A DNA stretch of 64,000 bases from Bacteroidota bacterium. GTDB lineage: Bacteria > Bacteroidota > Bacteroidia > Flavobacteriales > TMED113. The position numbers and the translations under genes are program-made. Shown piece by piece: positions 19,953 to 33,500 of the stretch. The stretch spans positions 684 through 64,683 of the forward strand of contig JAYYFR010000008.1 of assembly GCA_036158635.1 (NCBI GenBank), given 5' to 3'. Position 1 is the stretch's first letter, and each line of letters starts with the position of its first letter. The notes below the pieces were generated by a model that worked only from the letters and a program-made list of their open reading frames with translations, was not told where the DNA came from and searched no databases.

Positions 19953-20997
19953 TTTTATTTATTTTATTCTTGATGATGAAAAGATTGTCTTTTCCAACTT
20001 TGATCTTATTTTCGTTTTTGTCTATTTTATAATCAGGTGCTTTAACTCCATTTATATTTTTTTTATTTGAAATAAATATTCTTATTTCATCCCATAAATT
20101 TTGTTTTATAAAATTATTTAATAAAATTCTTCCTCCTTCAACTAAAATTGAATTTATATTAAGTTCTCTAATTTTTTTTACTGTGTCAATTAAACTTTCA
20201 TTTTTACCTATTTTAATATATTCAACATTAGATTTATTTTTGACAATAAGATGATTTGTTAAAATGATTGTCTTACTTTCTGAATTGAAAATATTATGAG
20301 TTTTAGGTATTTCTAGATTTCTATCAAAAATTAATCTTTTAGGGTTTTTTCCTTTAATTTTTCTAACGGTTAATTTAGGATTATCATAAATAGCAGTATT
20401 TTTTCCAATCATTATTGAGTCATTTTCACTCCTCCATTTATGTGTTAGTGTTTTACTTTCACTACAACTAATTTTTTGAATACCATTTTTAAAGTTTGTA
20501 TTATTAATAAATCCGTCATTAGTTTGACTCCATTTTAGTATTATATATGGTCGGTTATAAATTTGATTTATAAAAAATTTTCTATTTAGTTCAACACATT
20601 TTTCTTTTAAAACCCCAACTTTTACTTTGCATTTTCTTTTTAACTTTTTAATACTTTTTCCATTTACCTTCTTATTGGGATCTTTTGTTCCAATTACTAT
20701 TGCTTTTATTTTGTATTTAAGAATTAAATCTACACATGGGGGTGTTTTTCCGTGGTGATAACATGGTTCTAAATTAACATAAAGTGTTGCGTTCTTCAAT
20801 GAATCTTTATCTTTAATACTATCAATTGCATTTACTTCTGCGTGACTTGAGCCAAATGATTTATGATAACCTTTTCCAATTATTTTTGAGTTTTCTGAAA
20901 CAATCACACATCCAACCATGGGGTTTGGAAAAGTTTTGTTTGCACCTTTTTTTGCAAGCTCCAAACATAAACTCATTATTTTTTCGTCAAATGTCAT
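19939..20997 (-). CDS. ribD: Riboflavin biosynthesis deaminase/reductase RibD
   Basis: PNPMVGCVIV, HAEVNA, NLEPC.H.GKTPPC, DNPKLTVR, ILVEGG. Confidence 0.97.
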   Translation of the reverse strand: MTFDEKIMSLCLELAKKGANKTFPNPMVGCVIVSENSKIIGKGYHKSFGSSHAEVNAIDSIKDKDSLKNATLYVNLEPCYHHGKTPPCVDLILKYKIKAIVIGTKDPNKKVNGKSIKKLKRKCKVKVGVLKEKCVELNRKFFINQIYNRPYIILKWSQTNDGFINNTNFKNGIQKISCSESKTLTHKWRSENDSIMIGKNTAIYDNPKLTVRKIKGKNPKRLIFDRNLEIPKTHNIFNSESKTIILTNHLIVKNKSNVEYIKIGKNESLIDTVKKIRELNINSILVEGGRILLNNFIKQNLWDEIRIFISNKKNINGVKAPDYKIDKNENKIKVGKDNLFIIKNKINKNEVT

Positions 20998-21001
20998 ATT
21001 T

Positions 21002-21009
21002 CAAAAGTA
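21002..21009 (-). promoter_or_regulatory. Bacteroidota -7 promoter element for ribD
   Basis: CAAAAGTA on + reads TACTTTTG on -, ending 4 nt before the ribD ATG. Confidence 0.6.
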
Positions 21010-21032
21010 CATTTTTTATGTAAATTCATATT

Positions 21033-21872
21033 ATGAATAGTTATTTTGAATTGAAAAACATTTTCAATAAGGAATTAAGTTTTTTATACTCTGAAAATGA
21101 AATTAGCAGTATTTTAAACATTTTAATTGAGTTTGAATTTAAAAAAAAACCAATAATTATTAAATTAAATGACTCAATCAACAAAAGAAAGTTTGATAAA
21201 GTAGTTTCTCATCTCAAAAAATTAAAATTAGGTTGTCCAATTAATTATATAATTGGTTATAAATTTTTTTTTGATTGTAAAATTAATGTTGATAAAAGTG
21301 TATTAATTCCGAGACCCGAAACTGAAGAATTGGTTCTTTGGTTACTAAAACATGTTAAAAAAAATCAAAATATTTTAGATTTATGTTCAGGAAGTGGTTG
21401 TGTATCTATTGCTATAGCTAAAAATATACAGGCTAAAATAACCGCAGTTGATATTTCAAGTGAAGCAATTAATTTAGCAAGGAAAAACTCTAAACTTAAC
21501 AATACCGCAGTTAAATTTATTTGCTCAGATATTTTTAAGGATAGCTTTATAAAACTTGAAAAACAAAATATTATTGTAAGTAATCCACCTTATATTTTAA
21601 ATTCACAAAAAAAAAATATTCAAAAAAATGTTTTAAATTTTGAACCTCATATTGCTATTTTTGTTGATGACAATGAGCCATTTGTTTTCTACAAAAGAAT
21701 AATTGAAATATCAAAAGAAAAATTGTTTAGTAATGGTTTACTTTTTTTAGAAATTAATGATTTATTTTCTAAAGAGTTGAAAGAATTGTTAATTAAAGAA
21801 GGGTTCAAAAATGTAATAATTAAAAAAGATATAAATGACAAACCAAGGTTAATTAAAGCACAATTAATATGA
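21033..21872 (+). CDS. prmC: Release factor glutamine N5-methyltransferase
   Basis: PINYIIG, VLIPRPETEELV, LDLCSGSGC, VSNPPY, EPHIA. Confidence 0.96.
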   Translation: MNSYFELKNIFNKELSFLYSENEISSILNILIEFEFKKKPIIIKLNDSINKRKFDKVVSHLKKLKLGCPINYIIGYKFFFDCKINVDKSVLIPRPETEELVLWLLKHVKKNQNILDLCSGSGCVSIAIAKNIQAKITAVDISSEAINLARKNSKLNNTAVKFICSDIFKDSFIKLEKQNIIVSNPPYILNSQKKNIQKNVLNFEPHIAIFVDDNEPFVFYKRIIEISKEKLFSNGLLFLEINDLFSKELKELLIKEGFKNVIIKKDINDKPRLIKAQLI

Positions 21873-21891
21873 TTATATTTACGTTTAATAA

Positions 21892-23886
<1,995 letters not shown>

Positions 23887-23908
23887 ATTGTAACAAAATC
23901 CTATTTGA

Positions 23909-24451
23909 ATGAAAAAAATTATTCAATCTTTTTTTTTAAAACAAGCTATTAGAAATTTTGTTACTAATAAAAAAAATATAAATCACAAGTTTTTTTTTAA
24001 TTATGATAGAACTAAAAAAATAGGAATAATATTTAACGGCATAGAAAGAAAAAATATTGATATAACTCGTCAATTAATTGATTACTTTAAAGAAAAGAAT
24101 ATTTCGTGTGAAGCTTTAGGTTTTGTTAATGATACAAGAATGAGAGAATTTAATTTAGCAAGTTTAAACATGGATTATTTTAATTTAAAAGATTGTAATT
24201 TTTTTGGTTTTCCAAAAGTTGATAATGTAATTAACTTTAACTCAAAAAAATTTGATATCCTTATAAATATCTCTGACGAAAAAAATTTAATATATGATTA
24301 TATTGTCTCAAAATCTCTTGCAAAGTTTAGAGTGGGTAAAGACGATTGTGAATTATATGACTTACTAATTAATACCAAGAGTGGTGACAGTAAAGATTTT
24401 GTTTCAGAGGTTATTTTTTATTTAGATTTAATAAGTAAAAACAATCATTAA
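23909..24451 (+). CDS. Conserved Bacteroidota hypothetical protein (DUF6913-like)
   Basis: KD.NFFG.P, FDILIN, S.AKFRVG, YDLLI pattern; lies directly after ligA. Confidence 0.6.
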   Translation: MKKIIQSFFLKQAIRNFVTNKKNINHKFFFNYDRTKKIGIIFNGIERKNIDITRQLIDYFKEKNISCEALGFVNDTRMREFNLASLNMDYFNLKDCNFFGFPKVDNVINFNSKKFDILINISDEKNLIYDYIVSKSLAKFRVGKDDCELYDLLINTKSGDSKDFVSEVIFYLDLISKNNH

Positions 24452-24585
24452 AACTAATTAGTTTATCTATTAACACATTTGTTAACTACAACTGTTAAAT
24501 TCTTTTGAATAGATTGTTGATAATTTGCTTTATTTTGTATCTTGCAAAATTAGATTTAGATGACAAAATTTAACAGATAGTCCTT

Positions 24586-27500
24586 ATGATTTTAAAATCA
24601 AGAATATATCATATATTTTTTACAGTATTTTTTTTATTTTCTTTTTTGGGGACTTTACTCTCACAAAATACTATTGATTTTAACTTAAATTATATTGATT
24701 ACTCAGGAGCTGTAACTGGTAATGTTGGTGAAAATATTAGTATCCCTGTACAAGCTGTTTTTTACCAAGAAGAAGGAAGATGCGAAGGTGCTTTTGGTCC
24801 ATGTTCTGCTTTTTTGATAAATTCTTTGGACCCTACAATAGATGTTGATTTTACAATCAGAGAACTTCAAGATGTACAATTTGAAGCTTTTGGAGGTGGA
24901 AATCTAAACAATGATTTCTCAGGAAATGGTTCTATTGGTTTTGAAGATTTATTAACTGAATTTGAAATTTGGCCTCCTGACTCTAGTATAACTAATTGTG
25001 AATACACTCCTGTTCCAGGTTCTAATTCTTTTATTGCGTCAAATATTTGTGCTGATGATGTTGATAACATAAATAATAGTATTGGTCAATTTGTTGTTGA
25101 AATGGTTGCCACCTTTCCAACTGAATGTGATGACGCCCCCTCTGATGGAATAAACGATAATCAAGCTTTCTGGTTTCTACAGTTTAATTTATTTTTTCCT
25201 GAAGAAATATCAATTTCAAGTACTTCTTCCAATTCTTGTGGTTTTAATACTACATGTAATGGTTCTAATGATGGTGAAATTACTGCAATTGTTTCGGGTG
25301 GTGTTCCCCCTTACAATTATGAATGGACTGATGAGAGTGGTAATATTATTTCTAATACTCAAACTGCATCCAATTTAAGCGTTGGTTTTTACACAGTTAC
25401 CGTTACTGATGACAGTGATAATTTTATTTTTGATTCCAACGGAGACGGAGAAGGAATTACTTGTTCAGAAACTTTTGAAGTTACTGAACCTGACCAAATA
25501 CTAATTAGTTTGTCTTCATTTGAAGAAGATGTTTCTAATTTAGAACTTGATTGTTTTGGTGATACTGATGGTTCTATATTTGTTGATGTTTCAGGGGGAT
25601 GTGAACCATATAACTATTCTTGGTCTAATGGATCAAACTCTGAAGACATTGAAGGTCTTTCGGTTGGATTATACACTTTAATTGTTACTGATTCAAACAA
25701 TTGTTCAGTTGAATTTACTCAAGAAATTACTGAGCCATCTGCTATTATTATTTCAAAAAACATTGAAAATTCTATAGATAGTGATGGTTGTAATAATTTA
25801 GGTTCTATAGACATTGATGTTTCTGGTGGAACTCCATTCAATGGTTCTAGTCCTTATTTATATGAATGGAGTGTTGATTCAGACGGAAATGGTTTACCTG
25901 ATATAGTAATTAGTAATGATGAAGATATTAATGGTTTATCAGCAGATACTTACTTTATCACAGTCACTGATGCATTAGGTTGTCAAGATACAAATGTCTT
26001 TACAATTACATGGCCTGGACCATTTGCAGTTGTAATTGAAGAGACATCAAATTTAGAATTAAGTTGTTTTGGTGACTGTGATGGAATAATAAATATTTCA
26101 GCATCAGGTGGAAGTGGAGATTATTTATATTCTTGGTCTTCATTGAGCGGTGGAGAAGTGCCATTGGACCAAATCAATAACCAAAATTTAACAAATTTAT
26201 GTTCTGGTGAGTATTCAATAACAATAACTGATAATTTTTTTCCTGATTGTACGTGGAATGAGCAAATAGTTATTACTGAACCAGATCAGGAGCTAATTAT
26301 TAGCGATATTGATGGTGTAATAGATCTAGATTGTTTTGAGGATTGCGATGGCGAATTGGATATAACAGTTCAAGGGGGTACAGAGCCATATTCATTTTCA
26401 TGGAGCAATGGTGAAACAACTGAGGATATAAATAATTTATGTTCTGGCACATATACCATTACTGTAACTGATTTTAATGGTTGTGAAACCTCAAGCTCTG
26501 TTGATATTAATCAACCAGACAATCCTTTATCTTTAACCTCTAATTCAATTGATAATACTTGTTTTAATGATTGTTTAGCATTTATTGATATAGAATTAAA
26601 TGGTGGAACTCCTCCATATATTTATTCATGGCAAGGTCCTGATGGTTTTTCTTCTACTGATGAAAATATAAGTAATTTGTGTTCTGGTGTTTACTCCTTA
26701 ACTGTTTTAGATCAAAATAATTGTTTAATTGAAGATTCATTTGAAATTCTTGAACCAGAAGAACTACAAGTTACAATTGAAATTTCAGAAAATAATGGTT
26801 TTAATATTTCTTGTTTTGGAGGTTCTGACGGTACTGTAAACTTGACTCCTTCAGGTGGTAGTGGTTCTTATGATATTTTATGGTCAACTGGTCAAACAAC
26901 AGAAGATTTAGTGGGTCTAACTGCTGGTTCGTATGATGTTACAATAACAGATCAAAATAATGAGAACTGTTTTATAGTTGAAACTATAATATTAAATGAG
27001 CCATCAGAGATTCAATTGTCATTAAGTTCTAGTGATTTAACATGTTTTGAAATTTGTGATGGTTCAATATCTTCCTCAGTTCTTGGTGGTGTCTCAGAAT
27101 TTACTTATGAATGGACAGGTCCTAACGGTTTTGTTAGTAATGAACAAAACTTATCTAACTTATGCGCAGGAATTTATAATTTAAATGTTTTAGATGACAA
27201 CAATTGTATTCAATCTAGTTCAATTGAAATCTTTCAACCTGAGATTTTAACATCAAATATTAATATTATCCCACCTGCATGTTCAGGTTACCCTGCTTGT
27301 GTAACTATAGATTCTTTTGGTGGAACAGGAGATAATTACTCATATACTTTTTATCAGGACGCAGGAAATCAAGGTCCATTAGATAATTGTACACCTGAAC
27401 CTGAAGATCTTTTATTAGAACCCTCCATTACTGATGGTTGTTTTAATTTAGTTTCAGGTGATTATTTTGTAATCACCACAGATGAAAATGATTGTTGTAC

Positions 27501-30500
27501 TGTTAATTCTTTCTCTATTTCTCCTGCCGCTGATGTAAGTGTCGATATTAATGAAGTTCCAGATTGTTATCCAAATGATAGCTACTTGATATTATCAGGT
27601 TGGACTCCACCACTTGAAACTTATACAGTTGTTATTTTTGATAATGATACAGATAATGATGGATTATCAAATATAAACTCGAATAATAATCCTTTAGATG
27701 AAGACATAGATAATATTGACGGTTTAAATATAAATGATGATGATATAGATGGTGATGGTATTCCAAATATTGATGATTATATTGATTTAGATGGAAATGG
27801 AGTATTTAATTTAGGGGACGTGAATACACAGTATTTATTTAGTAATCCTCCAATGTATGATTTTGTATACGATCAACAAGCAGATATAAATTGTGGTGAT
27901 TTTTTAGGTGGTGTTTGGGATGGTAATGGAAATGGACCAGGTACATGTAATGAATTTCCACTTGTTTATGATGGTGGTTCAACTGTTGTACTTATTATTG
28001 CAGAAAATGGTTGTTTCAATTTTCAAGTTGTTTCTAATGATAATGATATTTATTTGCCAATTGGAACATCTAATGAGATTAATTCCCCAAGTTGTTTTGG
28101 AGAAACAAATGATATTACGTTTATAAATAATGACATAGACGAAGATGGTATACTCAATGATAATGATGATGATATAGATGGTGATGGTATATTAAATATT
28201 GACGATAACGATATAAATGGAGATGGATGTTTAGATGATGGAACTTATACAAATGAACAATGTGAAACTTGTGGTTGTAGTGGTTCAATTGTAATTAATA
28301 TTCTTGAAGATGAAGATTATGTAGCACCATATACTGTTTATGTTTCCTCCCAGGTTTATGACCAAGAAAATAATTTAATTTTTGAGAGTCAAAATAGCGA
28401 TTCAGATTTATTTGATTTAGATGATAGTTATACTTGGTTTAATCTTGGTGATCCAGATGATGATAATGATGGATTATTTGACTATGAAGATCTTTTTCCT
28501 TTTGACTTTGATAACGATGGGGTAGATGACTGCACTGGCCCTATTTTTGATTGTGATAACGACGGCATACTTAATAATGATGATCCTGATATGGATAATG
28601 ATGGTTTGTTAAATGAGGACGATGATTTATTTAGTATTTCTAATTTAATTAATAATAATTTTATTGGTGTATATGACTTAGATAATGGAATTTCAACAAA
28701 TGATTCAGATGGTAATGGTATTATAGATCAATTAATAATTAATAATCTATGTGTAGGTGAATATATTTATGTTGTTAAAGACAGTAATGGTTGTGAATCA
28801 AATCCTGTGATATTTCAAATTGAAGAAGTTGAAGATTTGGTTGTTGATGTGAATACTGGACAAGAACCACCTATATTATGTTTTGGTGAATGTAATGGAT
28901 TTATTGATATTTCCGTTTCTGGAGGAACTGCACCATATTCATTTTTGTGGTCTAACGGAGAAACTACTGAGGATTTATCTGGTTTATGCCCTGGTTTTTA
29001 TAGTGTTACTATTACGGATTCCAACGGTTGTTGTGAAATAATAGAGAGAACTATTGAAGAAGTTCCAGAAATTGAAATTTTAATTGACTCATTTACTGAA
29101 AACTTAGATTGTTTTGGAGATTGTAATGGACAAATAAACATAGATGTTTCTGGAGGTAATCAACCATATTCCTTTTTTTGGTTTGGTCCTGATGGATTTT
29201 TTAGTAATGATGAAGATTTAACTGACTTATGCGCGGGTACTTACACTCTTGAAGTCATTGACTCAACAATTGGTCTTGATGGAAATGGATGTGTTTCATC
29301 TATTGAAGTAGAAATTAATGAACCTGAAGAACTAACTGCTTTATTTGATATAACTGGTTCTTGTTTTAACGAGCCTGATGGTTCAATAAATATGACGATT
29401 TCAGGTGGGAGTCCTGGATATGATGTGCTTTGGTCAAATGGTGAGACCAATGAAGATTTAAACAATTTAAGTACTGGTAGTTATACCGTTACTATTACTG
29501 ATCAAAACTTATGTACATATACAAATACAATAGATATTAATCAATCTGAACAAATAGTTATAACTGAATTTCACTCTGATTTTGATGGTTTTGGTGTCTC
29601 ATGTAATGGTTCATCTGATGGTTTTATTGACGTTTCTGTTTCAGGGGGGGGAGGTATATTTAGTTATGATTGGTCTAATGGTGCTATAACTGAGGACTTA
29701 AATAATATTTCCGCAGGAATTTATTCTTTGATAGTTACAGATCAAAATGGGTGTACAGAAACCATTGAGGTTGAATTAACAGAACCTGAGGGAATTGATA
29801 TTACTTTTATAAGTTCAGATTATAATGGTTTTGGTATTTCATGTAACGGTTCATCTGATGGTTTTATTGATGTTACAGTAAACGGAGGGACAGGATTTTA
29901 CAACTATACTTGGACTTCCACAAATGGTTTTTCCAGTAATGATGAAGATATATCAAATTTAATAGCAGGTACTTATTTTCTTACAGTTTCTGATGAAAAT
30001 GACTGCCCAATTGAAATTGAAGTTGAAATAACTGAACCAGATGAATTAAGTGTTTCTGTCTCTCTTATTCAAAATATTCAATGTAATTATTGTGAAGAAT
30101 CTGGAAGTATACTTTCAGGAAACGATGAAGGTAGAATATCAATATCTATTTCTGGAGAGGTGGGTGATTACTCTTATGATGTTTTTGATAATAATGGTTT
30201 AGTTTTTTCTGGCACTACAGAGGGAAATACTATTTTTGAAACATCAGAACCTGGCGAGTATTACTTTGTTGTTACTGATTTTAATAATTGTAATACTATA
30301 ACAACTGAAACTATAAATATTACTCAACCTGAACAACTTTGTATTGATGATGTTTTAATCAACAACTCTAGTTGTTTTAGTTTTTTATTTAATGATGCAA
30401 GTATTGAATTAAATGTTTCTGGTGGAACCCCACCTTATAATTATAATTGGTCTTCAAATGTTCCAGGTCCTGGTATCCCAAATTCTTCACTAATTGATAA

Positions 30501-33500
30501 TTTATCAGCTGGTACTTATAGTGTGATAGTTACAGATTCAAACAATTGTGAGATAATTTCAGAGTCCTATGATATTACTGAACCTGACCCATTGAGTCTC
30601 TCCATATGCTCTGATGCTTTTGTTTGTTGTGATGGAAATAATGGAACAATCGTTGCTACAGCTTCAGGCGGAGACCCAAATTATACTTATACTTTATTTA
30701 ATTCTTCTGTAAATCCACCAATTATAATAGGATCAAATCAAATTGGTTTATTTAATGGTCTACAGTCCGGTGAATATTTAGTAGTTGTAACAGATAGTAG
30801 TTGGTCAGAAGAATTATTAGAAATTGATCCAAATGCTTGTTCTATTTCAGAAACAATTATAATTAATGAATCGTGTCCTACTATTGAAGTGGTTAACCAA
30901 GAAGAAGCTGGATGTAGCGAAGAAGCCAATTTATTCTTTGATATTTCAGGTGGGGTTTTACCTTACTTTATTTATGTTGATGGTATAGAAACAGATACTC
31001 TTTACGAAAACTCTTCAAATTATTTAATTCCTCTAACATCAGGAAGTCATGATATATATATTAGCGATTCAAATATTGATATTTTAAATGCGTGTGATAC
31101 TATAAATAATTCGTGTTTATCAGAAATAATCAATGTTAATGTTGATATAATTGATGCTGTATATGAAATTGATGAAATTATTATTAACCAACCACTATGC
31201 CCTGGTGATGATGGTACCATGACTATTTTAGCATCAGGGTCACAACCACCAATTGGTGAACAGGCTAATTTTGAATTTGGTGTTGATACTAACAATGATG
31301 GTATTCTTTCTTTGTTTGAAGTACAAGCTGCTTATTTTAGTGATTATGTAGAGGAAAATGAATTTGGTTCAAATTATTTGTTTACTGTTCCATATGTTTC
31401 TTCAGGGGAATATTTATTTAATTCTTTTGAATATTTTGATTGTTCTGAGTCAGGTTCCTTTACAATTACTGAGGTTAATGATATTGATTTTGAAAATTTC
31501 TTTGTCTCAGTTGACGCTGAATGTTATAACGCTTCAGGGAGTGCATATGTTAGTGTACAAGATATTGAAGGAGGAACACCTCCATTTGACGTAAATTGGT
31601 TTCTAATTGATCCTGATTTTGGAACTTTGATTGAGGATCCTAACGGTAATGGAAATGGAAATTCTCTTTATGCTGGAAATTATATCGTTCAGATTACTGA
31701 TGGAAATGACTGTTTATATGAACATAACTTTAATATAAATCAGCCAGAGGAGGAACTATTAGCCAATTTGGAAGTATATGATCCAATTTGCTACAATAAC
31801 AATTCTTGTTCAGGTTCCGTAACATCTTATTCCACAGGTGGACAAGGAAATAACTATACTTACACTTGGTTTGATTCAAATAATAACATAATTATTAGTG
31901 GTGGTATAAATAGTTTAAATAATTTATGTTCAGGGGATTATTCCGTTGAAATTTCGGATGGAATTTGTAATCCAATTGTTCAAAATTTTTCAATAACAGA
32001 GCCAAATGAAATAAATGTAAATATTACAACTGAATTATTATGTAATGGAGATATGGTAGTTTTACCTGATAATCCAAATATTCCAAACTTAACAGTAAAT
32101 ACATCAATAAATTCTTCGGTAGAGCCTATTTCAATATATTGGTTTAACAATACTGTACCAAATACAAATACTCAAATTTTAATTGAAGATTCTTTTGGAA
32201 ACATTAATTTAAATACTAATGCGCTAGATATTGACGGTGATGGTGTTTTAAATGTATTAGACCCGGATCTAGACGGAGATGGTTTAAATAATAATAATTT
32301 TATACAAAATCCAAACGCTAATGAAGATATAGACCCATTAGGATACGGAAACGGTAATTGGTGGCCTTACTTATCTTCAAATAATTTAGATTCTAATATC
32401 TCTGATAATGGATATTCAATTTCCCCTGTAGATGCTTTATATGCTGGTAGTTACTATTTATATATAATTGATTCTAACGGTTGTTTTTCAGAAATGATAT
32501 ATAATATTGAAGAACCCGATCCATTAACTGTTTCTTGGAATGAATCTGACATTGACACATTGATCGAATGTTATGGAGCAAACAACGGTTCTATTGGTAT
32601 AATAATTGAGGGAGGAACACCTATTGATGATGATTCATGGCCATTTCCTTACTACTATACAACGTGGATAAATACTGAAACTACTTCTTCTTTTTCAACA
32701 CAAGAAATTTCAATTAACACTTTAGGTCCAGGTACTTATATAATTGAAATAGAGGATGCTAATGGGTGTACAACTCAAACTGAAGAAATTATTATAACTG
32801 AATCTGATCCTTTAGTTATTTCAGAAGTCAATGTCTCTGATTATAATAATTTTGGAATTTCTTGCTTCGGTGCTAATGATGGCGCAATTCAGGTTTTTGT
32901 TCAAGGAGGAATAGGTCCCTACGTCTATAGTTGGACTGGGCCAAATGGGTATACTTCTAATTCATCATTTTTATCAAATTTAGGACCGGGTACATATAAT
33001 TTAACAGTAACATCTAACTTACCTCAAGCTTCATTAGGAGATGGTTGTGTACAAAATTTAGAAATTGAAATAACTGAACCACAAGAAATTTTAATTTCTG
33101 AAACTCATTCTGATTATAATGGCTTTGGTGTTTCTTGTAATGAGGGGACAATTGGTTTAGAAAACCCATGCGATGGATTTATTAACATTGATATCGTTGG
33201 GGGAGTTCCTCCATATTCTTATCAATGGTCTGGAGATTCATTTAGTACCAATCAAGATTTATCCTCTATATGTTCTGGTTCTTACACATTAACAGTAATT
33301 GATTCTAATAATTGTGAAGAAAATATTACTATTGAGTTAACAGAACCTGATAATATTACATTTAATCAAAGTATAGGTCTTGATATAACACCAGCAAGTT
33401 GTAAAAATGGAAATAACTCAGATGGTATAATTTCATTAAATATTGATTATATACAAGGTGGAGTTCCTCCTTATAGTATAACTTTATTAGAAACAGGTTC

